DNA of 64,000 nt from Capsulimonadaceae bacterium (GTDB lineage: Bacteria; Armatimonadota; Armatimonadia; Armatimonadales; Capsulimonadaceae). This document shows positions 8,092 to 18,237 of this stretch, piece after piece. The notes below the pieces were generated by a model, which was not told the DNA's origin, ran no database searches, and worked only from the letters and a program-made list of their open reading frames with translations. The position numbers were made by a program, and so were the translations under genes. The stretch lies in the NCBI GenBank assembly GCA_965215505.1, contig OZ244065.1, positions 2,944,001-3,008,000 of the forward strand. The letters run 5' to 3'. Numbering within the stretch: the stretch's first letter is position 1; the number at the start of each line of letters is the position of its first letter.

Positions 8092-8979
8092 TTATTTGTT
8101 GAGCAGGCCCATGAGCTGGTCGGAGGGCAGGTACAGCTTATGCACCTGGCCCAGTTCCTGGTCCTGGACGTAGAGGTCGGTCAGGGTGCTGTTTTGCAGG
8201 CGGTTGACGGTGGCCTCAGCGGTGGCCTGTTGGAGCAGGGTCTGGTTGTCGAATCCCTGCTGCTGCAAGGCGAGTTTGGCGTTGTCTATCTCCTGCATCT
8301 TGGACAGCGTGGTCGAGAGCAGGTCCTTGCTGGCCTGGTCCTGCTCGATGCCACGGATCATCAGATTAGAAAAGACGACGCCGCGCCCGCCCCACTCGTC
8401 ATTGAGCGTTTTTAATGCCCCCTGTTCCGCGCGCTGCTTGCCCGCCGTGGTCAGGGCGGTGGCGGTGTCCATGTCGCCGATGGCGTAGTTGATCGCGCCC
8501 TTGACAGCAGGCTCCAGGTTGACAGCCTCGAACTGGCGCAGGTTGGCGAACTGGTCCTGGTAGGCGCGGTACAGGTCGTCGGCCTTGTCCGGATCAATGC
8601 GGTACTGGGCGGACACGTCCACTTGCAGCATGTTGGAGGCCGTGTTGACCTGGACGGCCCCGGTCGGGTCGGCGGATGTCAGCGACAGGGTCCGCTGGGC
8701 GGTGGGCACCTCGATGACCGTCTCCCAGACGCCCTGCCAGTGTGTCCCTGCGGGCATCAGGTCCTTCTCGATCGTGCCGTGGTAGTTGTTGATGACCAGG
8801 CCGACGTTGCCCGGCGCGATGTGTGTCGGCCCGGCCATGTGCCCGCCGCGCTGGAGCGAGAGGTTCAGGAACAGGAACCCGCCTAAAAGCAGTAATCCTA
8901 GAAGGCCCACTGTCCGTGTGCGCGGCGAGAGTGGCGGGGTGTGTTTCAGTGTGATGGTGTGTTTCGGACTGGTCGCCAT
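8092..8979 (-). CDS. SPFH (prohibitin/band 7) domain protein, paralog
   Basis: N-terminal TM, IAPGNVGLVIN, LQVDVSAQYRI, QATAEATVNRL. Confidence 0.85.
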   Translation of the reverse strand: MATSPKHTITLKHTPPLSPRTRTVGLLGLLLLGGFLFLNLSLQRGGHMAGPTHIAPGNVGLVINNYHGTIEKDLMPAGTHWQGVWETVIEVPTAQRTLSLTSADPTGAVQVNTASNMLQVDVSAQYRIDPDKADDLYRAYQDQFANLRQFEAVNLEPAVKGAINYAIGDMDTATALTTAGKQRAEQGALKTLNDEWGGRGVVFSNLMIRGIEQDQASKDLLSTTLSKMQEIDNAKLALQQQGFDNQTLLQQATAEATVNRLQNSTLTDLYVQDQELGQVHKLYLPSDQLMGLLNK

Positions 8980-9006
8980 TGTTCAGCGCCCTCTTTTCTA
9001 TCGTTT

Positions 9007-9315
9007 CTATCGTTGCGTGTTTTCTTGACCGTTGTTCTCTTGTTTGGTCTTCTGGTACTCCACCTCGGGCGTCACGAATGAACCCAGGTGGCAGCCCGGA
9101 CAGCCCGTATCGGGCAAGGGGCCTTTGAATTTTTTGTCGCAGTTCAGGCAGCGGAGCCATTCGCCCTTGCGCTGCAAGCGGGCCTCGCGCTCGGCGGCCA
9201 CGCGGGCCGCTTCGGCCTCGGCCTTGTCGCGCGTGACGCTGCCGCGCAGGGACCAGAGCCAGAGGCCCACCATCACGAGGCCCGCCGCGAACATCCCGTC
9301 GAACACAAGTTGCAT
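9007..9315 (-). CDS. Small membrane-anchored zinc-ribbon protein
   Basis: TM, short coiled coil, CLNC...CPGC. Confidence 0.7.
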   Translation of the reverse strand: MQLVFDGMFAAGLVMVGLWLWSLRGSVTRDKAEAEAARVAAEREARLQRKGEWLRCLNCDKKFKGPLPDTGCPGCHLGSFVTPEVEYQKTKQENNGQENTQR

Positions 9316-9339
9316 CTGTCAGTCTTTCTCTTATCATAT

Positions 9340-9376
9340 TGACACGCGCGGGCCGAAAAAGTTGCCGCGCGTGTCA
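9340..9376. promoter_or_regulatory. 12-bp perfect inverted repeat in a divergent intergenic region
   Basis: tgacacgcgcgg (9340-9351) - 13 nt - ccgcgcgtgtca (9365-9376). Confidence 0.5.
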
Positions 9377-9436
9377 CATCACGTCAATTTGGGTAAACCG
9401 TTTCTGTTTTCGTCCCCGCAAGAAAGGACCGCCTGC

Positions 9437-10462
9437 ATGGACCATTCCATCGCGCCCCTGCCGCCCGGCACGCCCGCCCCTGATTTTACCCTGTCCGGCC
9501 CGCCCGATGCTCCCGTTTCCCTGTCCGGCCTGCGCGGGCAGCCCATCGTCCTGGCCTTCACCCCGTCCGGCTGGGACCCGGCCCGCGCGACTCAGATGGA
9601 GCAGTACGGCAAAGTTCTGTCCGAGGCATTCGCCGACGAGCAGATCCGGTTCCCGCTGCTGACCGACGCTGCGGTCGCGGAGCAGTACGGCGTCGCGGGC
9701 CGGCAGGCGTTGTTCGTCGTGGACGCCGAGGGCGTCATCCGCTGGAGCCATGTCGCGCCCGCCGGGCTGGCCCCGCGCGCCGAGGAGCTTCTAGCTGGGC
9801 TGGACAGCCTGCGCCCCCGGCCCCGGAGCGGCGGGCTATCGCGACGCGAGTTCCTGGCGACGACCCTGGCCGCCGCGTTCGCCCTGGCCCTGCCGCTGGG
9901 CGCGGGCCGGGCCGAGGCGCAGGGGCCGGGGACCGTCGCACCCGGCCCAGCGGCTTCGCCGCCTGCGGGGACAATGCCCGTGACGCTTACGGTCAATGGG
10001 ACCGAACACGCCCTGAACATTGACCCGCGCGTCTCGCTGCTGGACGCCCTGCGCGAGCGGATCGGCCTGACCGGCTCCAAGAAGGGCTGCGACCACGGTC
10101 AGTGCGGGGCCTGCACGGTGCAGGTTGACGGGCGGCGCATCAACTCGTGCCTGTCGCTTGCCGTCGCCAACCAGGGCAAGAAGATCACGACCATCGAGGG
10201 GCTGGCGCACGGCGACGACCTGCACCCGATGCAGGCGGCGTTCCTGGCCCACGACGGCTTCCAGTGCGGCTACTGCACGTCCGGGCAGATCGTGTCCGCC
10301 GTGTCCCTGCTGGATGAGCCGGTCGGGCCGACCGATGCCGACGTGCGCGAGAGCATGAGCGGCAACCTGTGCCGCTGCGGGGCGTACCCGAACATCCTCG
10401 CCGCCATCCAGGATGTGCGCTCGGCCAGGGGAACGGAGGGGAATAAGAATGTACCCGTTTGA
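9437..10462 (+). CDS. paoA: 2Fe-2S subunit of aldehyde oxidoreductase (PaoA/YagT-like) with N-terminal redoxin-like domain and internal Tat motif
   Basis: AGGA RBS; APDFTL/FPLLTD/RQALFVVD redoxin fold; SRREFL; GCDHGQCGAC, QCGYC, NLCRC. Confidence 0.85.
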   Translation: MDHSIAPLPPGTPAPDFTLSGPPDAPVSLSGLRGQPIVLAFTPSGWDPARATQMEQYGKVLSEAFADEQIRFPLLTDAAVAEQYGVAGRQALFVVDAEGVIRWSHVAPAGLAPRAEELLAGLDSLRPRPRSGGLSRREFLATTLAAAFALALPLGAGRAEAQGPGTVAPGPAASPPAGTMPVTLTVNGTEHALNIDPRVSLLDALRERIGLTGSKKGCDHGQCGACTVQVDGRRINSCLSLAVANQGKKITTIEGLAHGDDLHPMQAAFLAHDGFQCGYCTSGQIVSAVSLLDEPVGPTDADVRESMSGNLCRCGAYPNILAAIQDVRSARGTEGNKNVPV

Positions 10463-11435
10463 TTATGTGCAGGCCACCGATGAGGGCGCGGCCGTCAAGT
10501 CCGTCGCGCCCCGGCCCGATGCCAAGTATCTAGCGGGCGGCACGACTCTGATTGACCTGATCAAGCTGCACGTCGAGCGGCCCGCGCATTTGGTTGATGT
10601 CACCGGCCTGCCGCTGGCACAGATCGCCGACCTTCCCGGCGGCGGCGTCCGCATCGGTGCGCTGGTCAAGAACAGCGACCTGGCCCACGACGCCCGCATC
10701 CAGAAGGGCTACCCTGTTCTGTCCGAGGCGCTGCTGTCTGGTGCCTCGCCGCAGCTCCGCAACATGGCGACCACGGCGGGGAACCTGATGCAGCGGACGC
10801 GCTGCTACTACTTCCGGGACACGGCGACGCCCTGCAACAAGCGCGAGCCGGGTTCCGGCTGCCCGGCAATCGGCGGCTACAACCGCATCCACGCCGTGCT
10901 GGGCACGAGCGAGAAGTGTATCGCCTCGCACCCCTCCGACATGTGCGTCGCGATGACTGCCCTGGATGCCGTGATCCGTGTTCAGGGGCCGGGCGGCGAG
11001 CGCGTCATCCCCATCGGCGAGTTCTACATCCCCTATGGGGAGGACCCCGTTCGGGAGACGGTTTTGCAGCACGGCGAGTTGATTACGGCTGTTGATCTGC
11101 CCGCGTCGCCGTTTGCCGCCCGTTCGCATTATTTGAAGGTCCGTGACCGGGCCTCCTACGCCTTCGCGCTGGCCTCCGCCGCCATCGCTTTGGACGTGCA
11201 GGGCGGCAAGATCGCGCAGGCCCGCGTCGTCATGGGCGGGGTCGGCTCCAAGCCCTGGCGCTCCCTGGACGCCGAGAAGACCCTGGTCGGCCACGCGCCC
11301 GGCCCGGATGTTTACCGCACGGCGGCGGAGGCGGCTTTGAAGGGCGCGAAGGGCTACAAAGACAACGCCTTCAAGATAGAGCTGGCAAAGCGGACGGTGG
11401 TTCGCTGTTTGACGACCGTTGGGAACATGGCTTGA
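10449..11435 (+). CDS. paoB: FAD-binding subunit (PaoB/YagS-like)
   Basis: AGGTTLID, SPQLRNMATTAGN, extra Cys (RCYYF, CNKR, GC, CIA), KVRDRASYAFA. Confidence 0.92.
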   Translation: MYPFDYVQATDEGAAVKSVAPRPDAKYLAGGTTLIDLIKLHVERPAHLVDVTGLPLAQIADLPGGGVRIGALVKNSDLAHDARIQKGYPVLSEALLSGASPQLRNMATTAGNLMQRTRCYYFRDTATPCNKREPGSGCPAIGGYNRIHAVLGTSEKCIASHPSDMCVAMTALDAVIRVQGPGGERVIPIGEFYIPYGEDPVRETVLQHGELITAVDLPASPFAARSHYLKVRDRASYAFALASAAIALDVQGGKIAQARVVMGGVGSKPWRSLDAEKTLVGHAPGPDVYRTAAEAALKGAKGYKDNAFKIELAKRTVVRCLTTVGNMA

Positions 11436-11442
11436 AGTGCCA

Positions 11443-13721
11443 ATGAGCGGCGACACGGAACAGCAGACCGGCGGCAGTCAGGCCGTGGTCGGCCGGCCCC
11501 TCAGCCGGGCCGACGGGCGGCTGAAGGTGACCGGGCAGGCCAAGTACACGGCGGAAACCGATCTTCCGGGCATGGCCTGTGCCGTCCTCGTGCCGAGCGA
11601 GATCGCGCGGGGGCGGGTCCTGAGTGTAGATACGAAAGACGCCGAGGCCGCGCCGGGCGTCCTCGCCGTCCTGACGCACCTCACCATGCCCAGGCTGACC
11701 GAAGCGCCGGTCCTGCTGGCACAGTCCGGCCAGAGCAGCCCCAAGGGTTCGGCGGGCCAGCAGTTCCTGCCGATGCAGGGTGACGTCATCCACTACGCGG
11801 GCCAGCCGATTGCGCTGGTCGTGGCCGAGACGCTGGAACGGGCGGCGGGCGCGGCGGAGTTGGTCAAGGCGCGGTATGCGCGAGAGAAACCGCGCGCAGA
11901 CTTCGAGGCGGCACGGTCACGCGCGTTCCGGCCCGTCAACGGCTGGCCGGAGCCGGCGGAGACGGAGCGGGGGACGTGGCGGCGGGGCTGGGCGCGGCGG
12001 ACGTGCGCGTCACCCAGGTCTACCACACGGCCTTGCAGCACCATGTCACGATGGAACCCCACGCGACGGTGGCCGAGTGGGACGGCGACGCGCTCACGCT
12101 GTATGAGCCGTCCACCTGGGTGCAGGGTGTGACCAAGACCGTCGCGACGTGGCTGGGGGTGCCGCCGGAAAAGGTGCATGTGATCCAGAAATTTGTCGGC
12201 GGATCGTTCGGCAGCAAAGGTCCCACCTGGCCGCACGTCGCGCTGGCCGCCGTGGCGGCGCGGCAGGTGGCCCGGCCCGTCAAGCTGGTCCTGAGCCGTC
12301 AGCAGACGTTCTGGTCGAACGGCTACCGGCCGCGCATCCGGCACTTCGTCCAGATTGGCGCGAAGGCCGACGGCACACTGACCGCCCTGCGGCACGAGGC
12401 GACGACGCACACGGCCCCATTCGACCGGCGCATCGTTGCGCCGGTGACGAAGACGAGTTCCCGGCTGTATGCCTGCCCGAACGTGGCGACGGCGTACCGG
12501 ATGACCCGCCTGAACCTGAGCGGGCCGTTCACGATGCGCGGGCCGGGCGAGACGCCTGGCCTGTTCGCCGTCGAGTCGGCCATGGACGAGCTTGCCTACG
12601 CTCTGGACATGGACCCCGTCGCCCTGCGGCTGAAGAACTACGCCGAGAAGGACCCCGAGGAGGGCAAGCCCTGGTCGTCCAAGTCCCTGCGCGCCTGCTA
12701 CGAGCAGGGCGCGGCGCGGTTCGGCTGGGGCAAACGGACGATGGCCCCCGGCTCCATGAAGGCCGACGACGGCAGGCTCATCGGCTGGGGCATGGCGACG
12801 ATGATGTACGACGCCAAATCCGCCCCGGCGTCTGCTTCGGCCCGGATGGAGCCGGACGGCAGCGTCGTCCTGCGGAGCGCGACCTGTGACCCCGGCACCG
12901 GCCCGTACACGATCATGCCGCAGATCGCCGCCGACATCCTGGGCGTCCCCGTGAGCCGCGTCCGGCTGGAACTCGGCGATTCGCGGCTGCCGAAAGCGCC
13001 GCTGGCCGCCGGCTCACAGACCTCGGCCAGCGTCGGGTCGGCGGTGCGGGCGGCCAGCGAGTCGCTGCGGCGTTCGCTGCTGGCGGCATCGTTCACGGAC
13101 GCGGCCTCCCCCCTCTTCGGGCTGACCGAGGGACAGGTCTGCACGGAAGGCGGGCGGGTCTTCGCCCGCGCCGAGCCGGGCAGGGGGCAGACCTACGCGG
13201 ATATCTTAGCCCGGCACGCGCCCGAAGGCATGGAGGCGACCGAGGAAGTAGACCCGCACGGCGGGGCCAAGGACTTCTCCCTGTACTCGTTCGGCGCGCA
13301 CTTCGCCGAGGTGAAAGTAGACCCGGATTTGGGCGAAATCCGCGTCACGCGCTACGTCGGGGCGTTCGGCGCGGGGCGCATCCTGAACGCCAAGACCGCC
13401 CGGAGCCAGTTAATCGGCGGCGTCATCTGGGGGCTGGGCATGGCCCTCCATGAAGAGACGCACCTGGACACGAAGATGGGGCGCATCGTCAACCCGGACC
13501 TGGCCGAATACCACATCCCGGTGAACGCCGACGTGCCGGACCTGGACGTGTTTTTTGTGGAAGAAGAGGACGCCCACGTCAACCCGCTGGGCGTCAAGGG
13601 CATCGGCGAGATCGGCACCATCGGCGCGGCTGCGGCGGTCGCCAATGCCGTGTATCATGCGACGGGCCGGCGCGTCCGCGACCTGCCGATCACGCCGGAC
13701 AAAGTCATGTCGGACAGATAG
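11443..13721 (+). pseudogene. paoC: Molybdopterin-binding subunit (PaoC/YagR-like), copy 1, frameshifted near 11969-11973
   Basis: N-part RADGRLKVTGQAKY; continuation in another frame (GGSFGSK, MRGPG, KGIGEIG); one extra G in a G5 run restores the frame. Confidence 0.8.
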
Positions 13722-13733
13722 GAAACGGAACCT

Positions 13734-15998
13734 ATGGACAGCACACAGATACCAGCGGCCCCGAATGCGGAGCCGGACAAATCGGTCGGCCAGCCCCTGA
13801 GCCGCGTTGATGGGCGGCTGAAAGTGACCGGCGGGGCGCGCTACTCGGCGGAGATGCCCGTGTCGGGGCTGGTCTACGCCGTCATGGTGATGAGCACGGC
13901 GGCGAACGGCCGGATCACGGCCATTGATGCGAGCGCGGCGGAGGCGCTGCCGGGCGTGCTGAAGGTGATCACGCCCGCGAACGCCCTGCGCCTGCCCAAG
14001 CAGCCGGACAGCCAAGGCAGCGCCGCGCCGCGCCCGACCGACCGCAAGCTGTCGCTGCTCCAGGACACGATGGTCTACTACCAGAACCAGCCCGTCGGCG
14101 TCGTGGTGGCCGAAACGTTCGAAACGGCCTCCTACGCGGCCTCCCTGGTCCGCTACCGGTATGACACCGAGAAGCCGCGCACGGAGATGGAGCGGGAGAA
14201 GAAGCACGCCTACCGGCCCGCGAAGGCGAACCAGGACAAGACCGACTCGAAGCGCGGCGACCTGGGGCAAGGCATGGCGTCGGCCTCGGCGCGCGTGACG
14301 CAGACCTACCATACGCCGGTCGAGAACCACAACCCGATGGAGCCGCACGCGACCATCGCCGTCTGGGAGGGGGACAAGCTGACCGCCTACGACGCCACGC
14401 AGGGCGTCTTCGGGGCGCGCAAGGTGCTGGCCAAGACGTTCGGCCTGCCCCCCGAGAACGTCCGCGTCGTGTCGCACTTCCTGGGCGGCGGGTTCGGCTG
14501 CAAAGGCTCCGTCTGGTCGCACGTCCCGCTGGCCGCCATGGCGGCCCGGATGGTGGGGCGTCCGGTCAAGCTGGTCCTGACCCGGCAGCACATGTTCGGG
14601 CCGGTCGGCTACCGGCCCCGGACGGAGCAGAAGCTCCAGCTCGGCGCGGGCAAAGACGGCGCGCTGACGGCTGTTGGACACGAGAGCCATTCGCAGACCT
14701 CCACGTTTGATGAGTTCGTGGAGGCGACGGCATCGGCCTCGCGCATCCTTTACGACTCCCCGAACTCAGAGACTTCGCACCGGCTGGTGCGGCTGGACGC
14801 CGGGACGCCGACCTTTATGCGCGGGCCGGGCGAGTCGTCGGGCACCTTCGCCCTGGAATCGGCGATGGACGAGCTGGCCTATGCTTTGGACATGGACCCC
14901 ATCGCGCTCCGGCTGAAGAACTACGCCGAGCGTGACCCCGAGGAGGGCAAGCCCTGGTCGTCCAAGTCCCTGCGCGCCTGCTACCAGACGGCTTCTGACA
15001 AGTTCGGCTGGGCCAAGCGGACGGCGGCCCCCGGCTCCATGAAGGCCGACGACGGGCGCTTGATCGGCTGGGGCATGGCGACGGCGACCTACCCGACGCG
15101 GCGCAGCGCATCGTCCGCCCTGGCCCGGCTGCTGCCGGACGGGACGGCCTATGTCCAGGCGGGGACGCAGGACCTGGGCACAGGAACCTATACGGTGATG
15201 ACGCAGACGGCGGCCGACGCGCTGGGGCTTGCCCCCGCCCAGGTGCGGTTCGAGCTGGGCGACACGGAGATGCCTGAGACGCCGGTTTCGGGCGGGTCGC
15301 AGACGGCGGCGAGCACCGGCTCCGCCGTCCACGCGGCCAGCCTCGCCGCGAAGAGCCAGGCGATCCGGCTTGCTGTCGCCGATGCCTCCTCGCCCTTACA
15401 CGGGCTGACCGAGGCGGACGTAGACGTGAAAGAAGGCCGCCTGTTCTTCAAAGCAGACCCGACCAAGGGGGAGACGTATGCCGCCCTGATGGCCCGGCAG
15501 AACCTGCCGAACATCGAGGCGAAGACGAAGTCCGCGCCTGGCGAGGAGAAGGACAAGTACGCCATGCACTCCTTCGGCGCGGTCTTCGTCGAGGTGCGCG
15601 TGGACCCCGATCTGGGGGAGGTGCGGGTCACGCGCGTCGTCGGCGCGTATGGGGTCGGCAACATCCTGAACGCCAAGACCGCCCGCTCCCAGCTACTCGG
15701 CGGCGTCGTCTTCGGCATCGGCATGGCGCTCTTGGAAGAGACGAGGGCGGACACCCGCACGGGCCGCGTGATGAACCCCGATCTGGCGGAGTACCACATC
15801 CCCGTGAATGCCGACGTGCCCGAGATCGACATCACGTTCGTCCCCGAGAAGGACCCCTACGTCAACCCCTTGGGGGTCAAAGGAATCGGCGAGATCGGAA
15901 TCACGGGCGTCGTCGCCGCCATCGCGAACGCGGTCTACCATGCCACCGGGAAGCGGGTGCGGGACCTACCGATTACGGTGGACAAGGTGATGGCCTAG
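13734..15998 (+). CDS. paoC: Molybdopterin-binding subunit (PaoC/YagR-like), copy 2
   Basis: GGGFGCK, MRGPG, QDLGTGT, SGGSQT, KGIGEIG. Confidence 0.93.
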   Translation: MDSTQIPAAPNAEPDKSVGQPLSRVDGRLKVTGGARYSAEMPVSGLVYAVMVMSTAANGRITAIDASAAEALPGVLKVITPANALRLPKQPDSQGSAAPRPTDRKLSLLQDTMVYYQNQPVGVVVAETFETASYAASLVRYRYDTEKPRTEMEREKKHAYRPAKANQDKTDSKRGDLGQGMASASARVTQTYHTPVENHNPMEPHATIAVWEGDKLTAYDATQGVFGARKVLAKTFGLPPENVRVVSHFLGGGFGCKGSVWSHVPLAAMAARMVGRPVKLVLTRQHMFGPVGYRPRTEQKLQLGAGKDGALTAVGHESHSQTSTFDEFVEATASASRILYDSPNSETSHRLVRLDAGTPTFMRGPGESSGTFALESAMDELAYALDMDPIALRLKNYAERDPEEGKPWSSKSLRACYQTASDKFGWAKRTAAPGSMKADDGRLIGWGMATATYPTRRSASSALARLLPDGTAYVQAGTQDLGTGTYTVMTQTAADALGLAPAQVRFELGDTEMPETPVSGGSQTAASTGSAVHAASLAAKSQAIRLAVADASSPLHGLTEADVDVKEGRLFFKADPTKGETYAALMARQNLPNIEAKTKSAPGEEKDKYAMHSFGAVFVEVRVDPDLGEVRVTRVVGAYGVGNILNAKTARSQLLGGVVFGIGMALLEETRADTRTGRVMNPDLAEYHIPVNADVPEIDITFVPEKDPYVNPLGVKGIGEIGITGVVAAIANAVYHATGKRVRDLPITVDKVMA

Positions 15999-16013
15999 CC
16001 CCGGAAGCCGCCG

Positions 16014-17186
16014 ATGAAAGAACTGCGCGAAATACTCCTCGCCTATGAGGCGCTCTGTCGGCAGGGCCGCCCTGCCGCGCTGGCAACGGTCGTCGCCGTC
16101 AGCGGGTCGTCTTACCGCCGCCCCGGCGCGCGGATGCTGCTGACGGCGGACGGCTGGGTGGCCGGCGGCGTCAGCGGCGGGTGCCTGGAAAGCGATGTCG
16201 CCCAGCGGGCGCGGGTCGTCCTGGAGTCGGGGCAGGCGGATATCGTCACCTATGACACCACGGAGGACGGCGACATCGTGTTCGGGGTGGGCCTGGGCTG
16301 CCGGGGCGTGATCCAGATTTTGATTGAGCCGCTGGCGGGTGACCGGCCTGATCTGGACTTCCTGGCGGCCTTGGCCCGGCGGCGCGAGGCGGGCGTCTGC
16401 GCGACGGTTTTCCGCAGCGAGGGCGGCTCCCCTGCCCTCCTGGCTGACCGGCTGCTGCTGTCCGAGACGGGGGACGATCACGACGGGCTGGCCGACGCGG
16501 GACTTGCCGCGCGTGTTCGGGTGGACGCCGGGGACGTGCTGAGGTCGGGAGTGTCGCGCGGACGCGAGTACGCACTGTCCGGCGGCTCCGTGTCCGTCTT
16601 CCTGGAGGCGCTCGCCCCCCCACAGCCGCTCGTCATCTTCGGGGCGGGGCATGACGCTCCGCCGCTGGTCCGGCTGGCGAAGGAGCTGGGCTGGCACGTC
16701 ACCGTTGCCGACGCGCGCCCTGCCTACGCGACGGCCGAACGCTTCCCCTCCGCCGATGCCGTGGTCGTCTGCCCGCCGGAAGAGGCCGCCTCGCGGCTGA
16801 CGCTGGACGCGCGGGCGGCGGTCGTGCTGATGACGCATAACTATCTGCACGATCTGGCCCTGCTGGAACGGTGGCTCCCCTGCCCCATTCTGTATCTTGG
16901 TGTCCTCGGCCCCAAGCGGCGCACGGAGCGCCTGCTGGGCGAGATGCCGCCGGGCCTGGTCACGGACGGGGCCTTGTCGCGCCTGCACAGCCCGGTCGGG
17001 CTGGACCTCGGGGCGGACACGCCGGAGACGATCGCGCTTGCGATCATCGCCGGCATCCAGGCCGTGGCGGCGGGTCGGCCCGGCGGCTTCCTGCGCGACC
17101 GCACGGGGCCAATCTACGCGCCGGAGCCTCCCATCCTGCCTGCCACCGTCGGCATCGTGCCGCAGTGCGCGATCGGCACCCCATGA
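16014..17186 (+). CDS. xdhC: XdhC/CoxI family Moco chaperone
   Basis: GSSYRRPGARM, VSGGCLE, GLGCRG, FGAGHD, PVGLDLGA. Confidence 0.93.
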   Translation: MKELREILLAYEALCRQGRPAALATVVAVSGSSYRRPGARMLLTADGWVAGGVSGGCLESDVAQRARVVLESGQADIVTYDTTEDGDIVFGVGLGCRGVIQILIEPLAGDRPDLDFLAALARRREAGVCATVFRSEGGSPALLADRLLLSETGDDHDGLADAGLAARVRVDAGDVLRSGVSRGREYALSGGSVSVFLEALAPPQPLVIFGAGHDAPPLVRLAKELGWHVTVADARPAYATAERFPSADAVVVCPPEEAASRLTLDARAAVVLMTHNYLHDLALLERWLPCPILYLGVLGPKRRTERLLGEMPPGLVTDGALSRLHSPVGLDLGADTPETIALAIIAGIQAVAAGRPGGFLRDRTGPIYAPEPPILPATVGIVPQCAIGTP

Positions 17187-17788
17187 GGCCGAATGTCGGC
17201 CTGATCCTCCTGGCGGCGGGTGGGTCGTCCCGGCTGGGGCATCCCAAACAACTGTTGCCGTATCAAGGCCGGACACTGCTGCGCCACGCGGCGGAGACTG
17301 CCCTGCGGCCCGCCTGCCGCCCCGTCGTCGTCGTGCTTGGATCGGAGCCGGACCGCCTGCGCCCGGAACTCACCGGGCTGGAAGTGCTTGTCGCCAACAA
17401 CCCCGACTGGGAGCAGGGCATGGGTTCTTCCATTCGCGCCGGGCTGGCCGCCCTGGAAGCGTCCGCGCCGGACATGGGCGGCGTCGTCCTGATGCTCTGC
17501 GACCAGCCGCTCATCACATCCGCCTCCCTGGGCGCACTCGTTCAGTCCCATCTCGACACGGGCAGCCCGCTCGTCGTTTCCGAATACGGCGGCACGCGCG
17601 GCGTCCCCGCCTTCTTCAGCCACGCCCTATTCCCTGAACTGCGCGCCCTGAAGGACGCGCAGGGGGCCAAGGCCGTCATCGCCGCCCATGCGGCTGAGGC
17701 GGTCGCCCTGCCCCTGCCGGCGGGCGTCTGGGACGTGGATACGGCGGAAGACTTCGAGCGGCTGCGGTCACGGGATGGGCAGCCATGA
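17183..17788 (+). CDS. mocA: Molybdenum cofactor cytidylyltransferase (MocA-like)
   Basis: LLAAGGSSRLGHPKQLL, LCDQP, DVDT; ATGA overlap with xdhC. Confidence 0.88.
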   Translation: MRPNVGLILLAAGGSSRLGHPKQLLPYQGRTLLRHAAETALRPACRPVVVVLGSEPDRLRPELTGLEVLVANNPDWEQGMGSSIRAGLAALEASAPDMGGVVLMLCDQPLITSASLGALVQSHLDTGSPLVVSEYGGTRGVPAFFSHALFPELRALKDAQGAKAVIAAHAAEAVALPLPAGVWDVDTAEDFERLRSRDGQP

Positions 17789-18237
17789 GACACGGCCGCA
17801 TCCGCCCTATCGCCCTCTGCCTGTTCCGGCATGGGGGCTGCATCCTGGTCGGCAATGCTTATGACGCGGTGAAGCAGGACCACTACTGCCGGCCGCTCGG
17901 CGGCGGCATCGAGTTCGGGGAGCGCGGGGCGGAGGCGGTCGTGCGCGAGATTCAGGAGGAACTAGGCGCGGAGATCGAGGACGTGCGATGGCTGGGAACT
18001 TTGGAAAACCTGTTCACCTGCGAAGGCGAGCCGGGCCACGAGATCGTGCTGGTCTATGACGCCGTGTTTGCCGACCGTTCGCTGTATGACCGGGCGGTCC
18101 TGCACGGGTACGAGCAGGGTGCGGCGACTGAGGCATTCACGGCGGAATGGAAAACGCTGGACGAACTGGCGTCAGGGCCGGTGCGGCTGGTGCCGGAGGG
18201 TCTGATGGCGTTCCTGGTCGGCCTGGAGGGTGGATGA
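17785..18237 (+). CDS. NUDIX hydrolase
   Basis: Nudix box GGGIEFGE...AVVREIQEELG. Confidence 0.9.
   Translation: MRHGRIRPIALCLFRHGGCILVGNAYDAVKQDHYCRPLGGGIEFGERGAEAVVREIQEELGAEIEDVRWLGTLENLFTCEGEPGHEIVLVYDAVFADRSLYDRAVLHGYEQGAATEAFTAEWKTLDELASGPVRLVPEGLMAFLVGLEGG

Noticed and set aside
9316-9436. Moco riboswitch upstream of the molybdoenzyme operon
   Set aside because: Only one simple inverted repeat is visible; an Rfam scan would be needed
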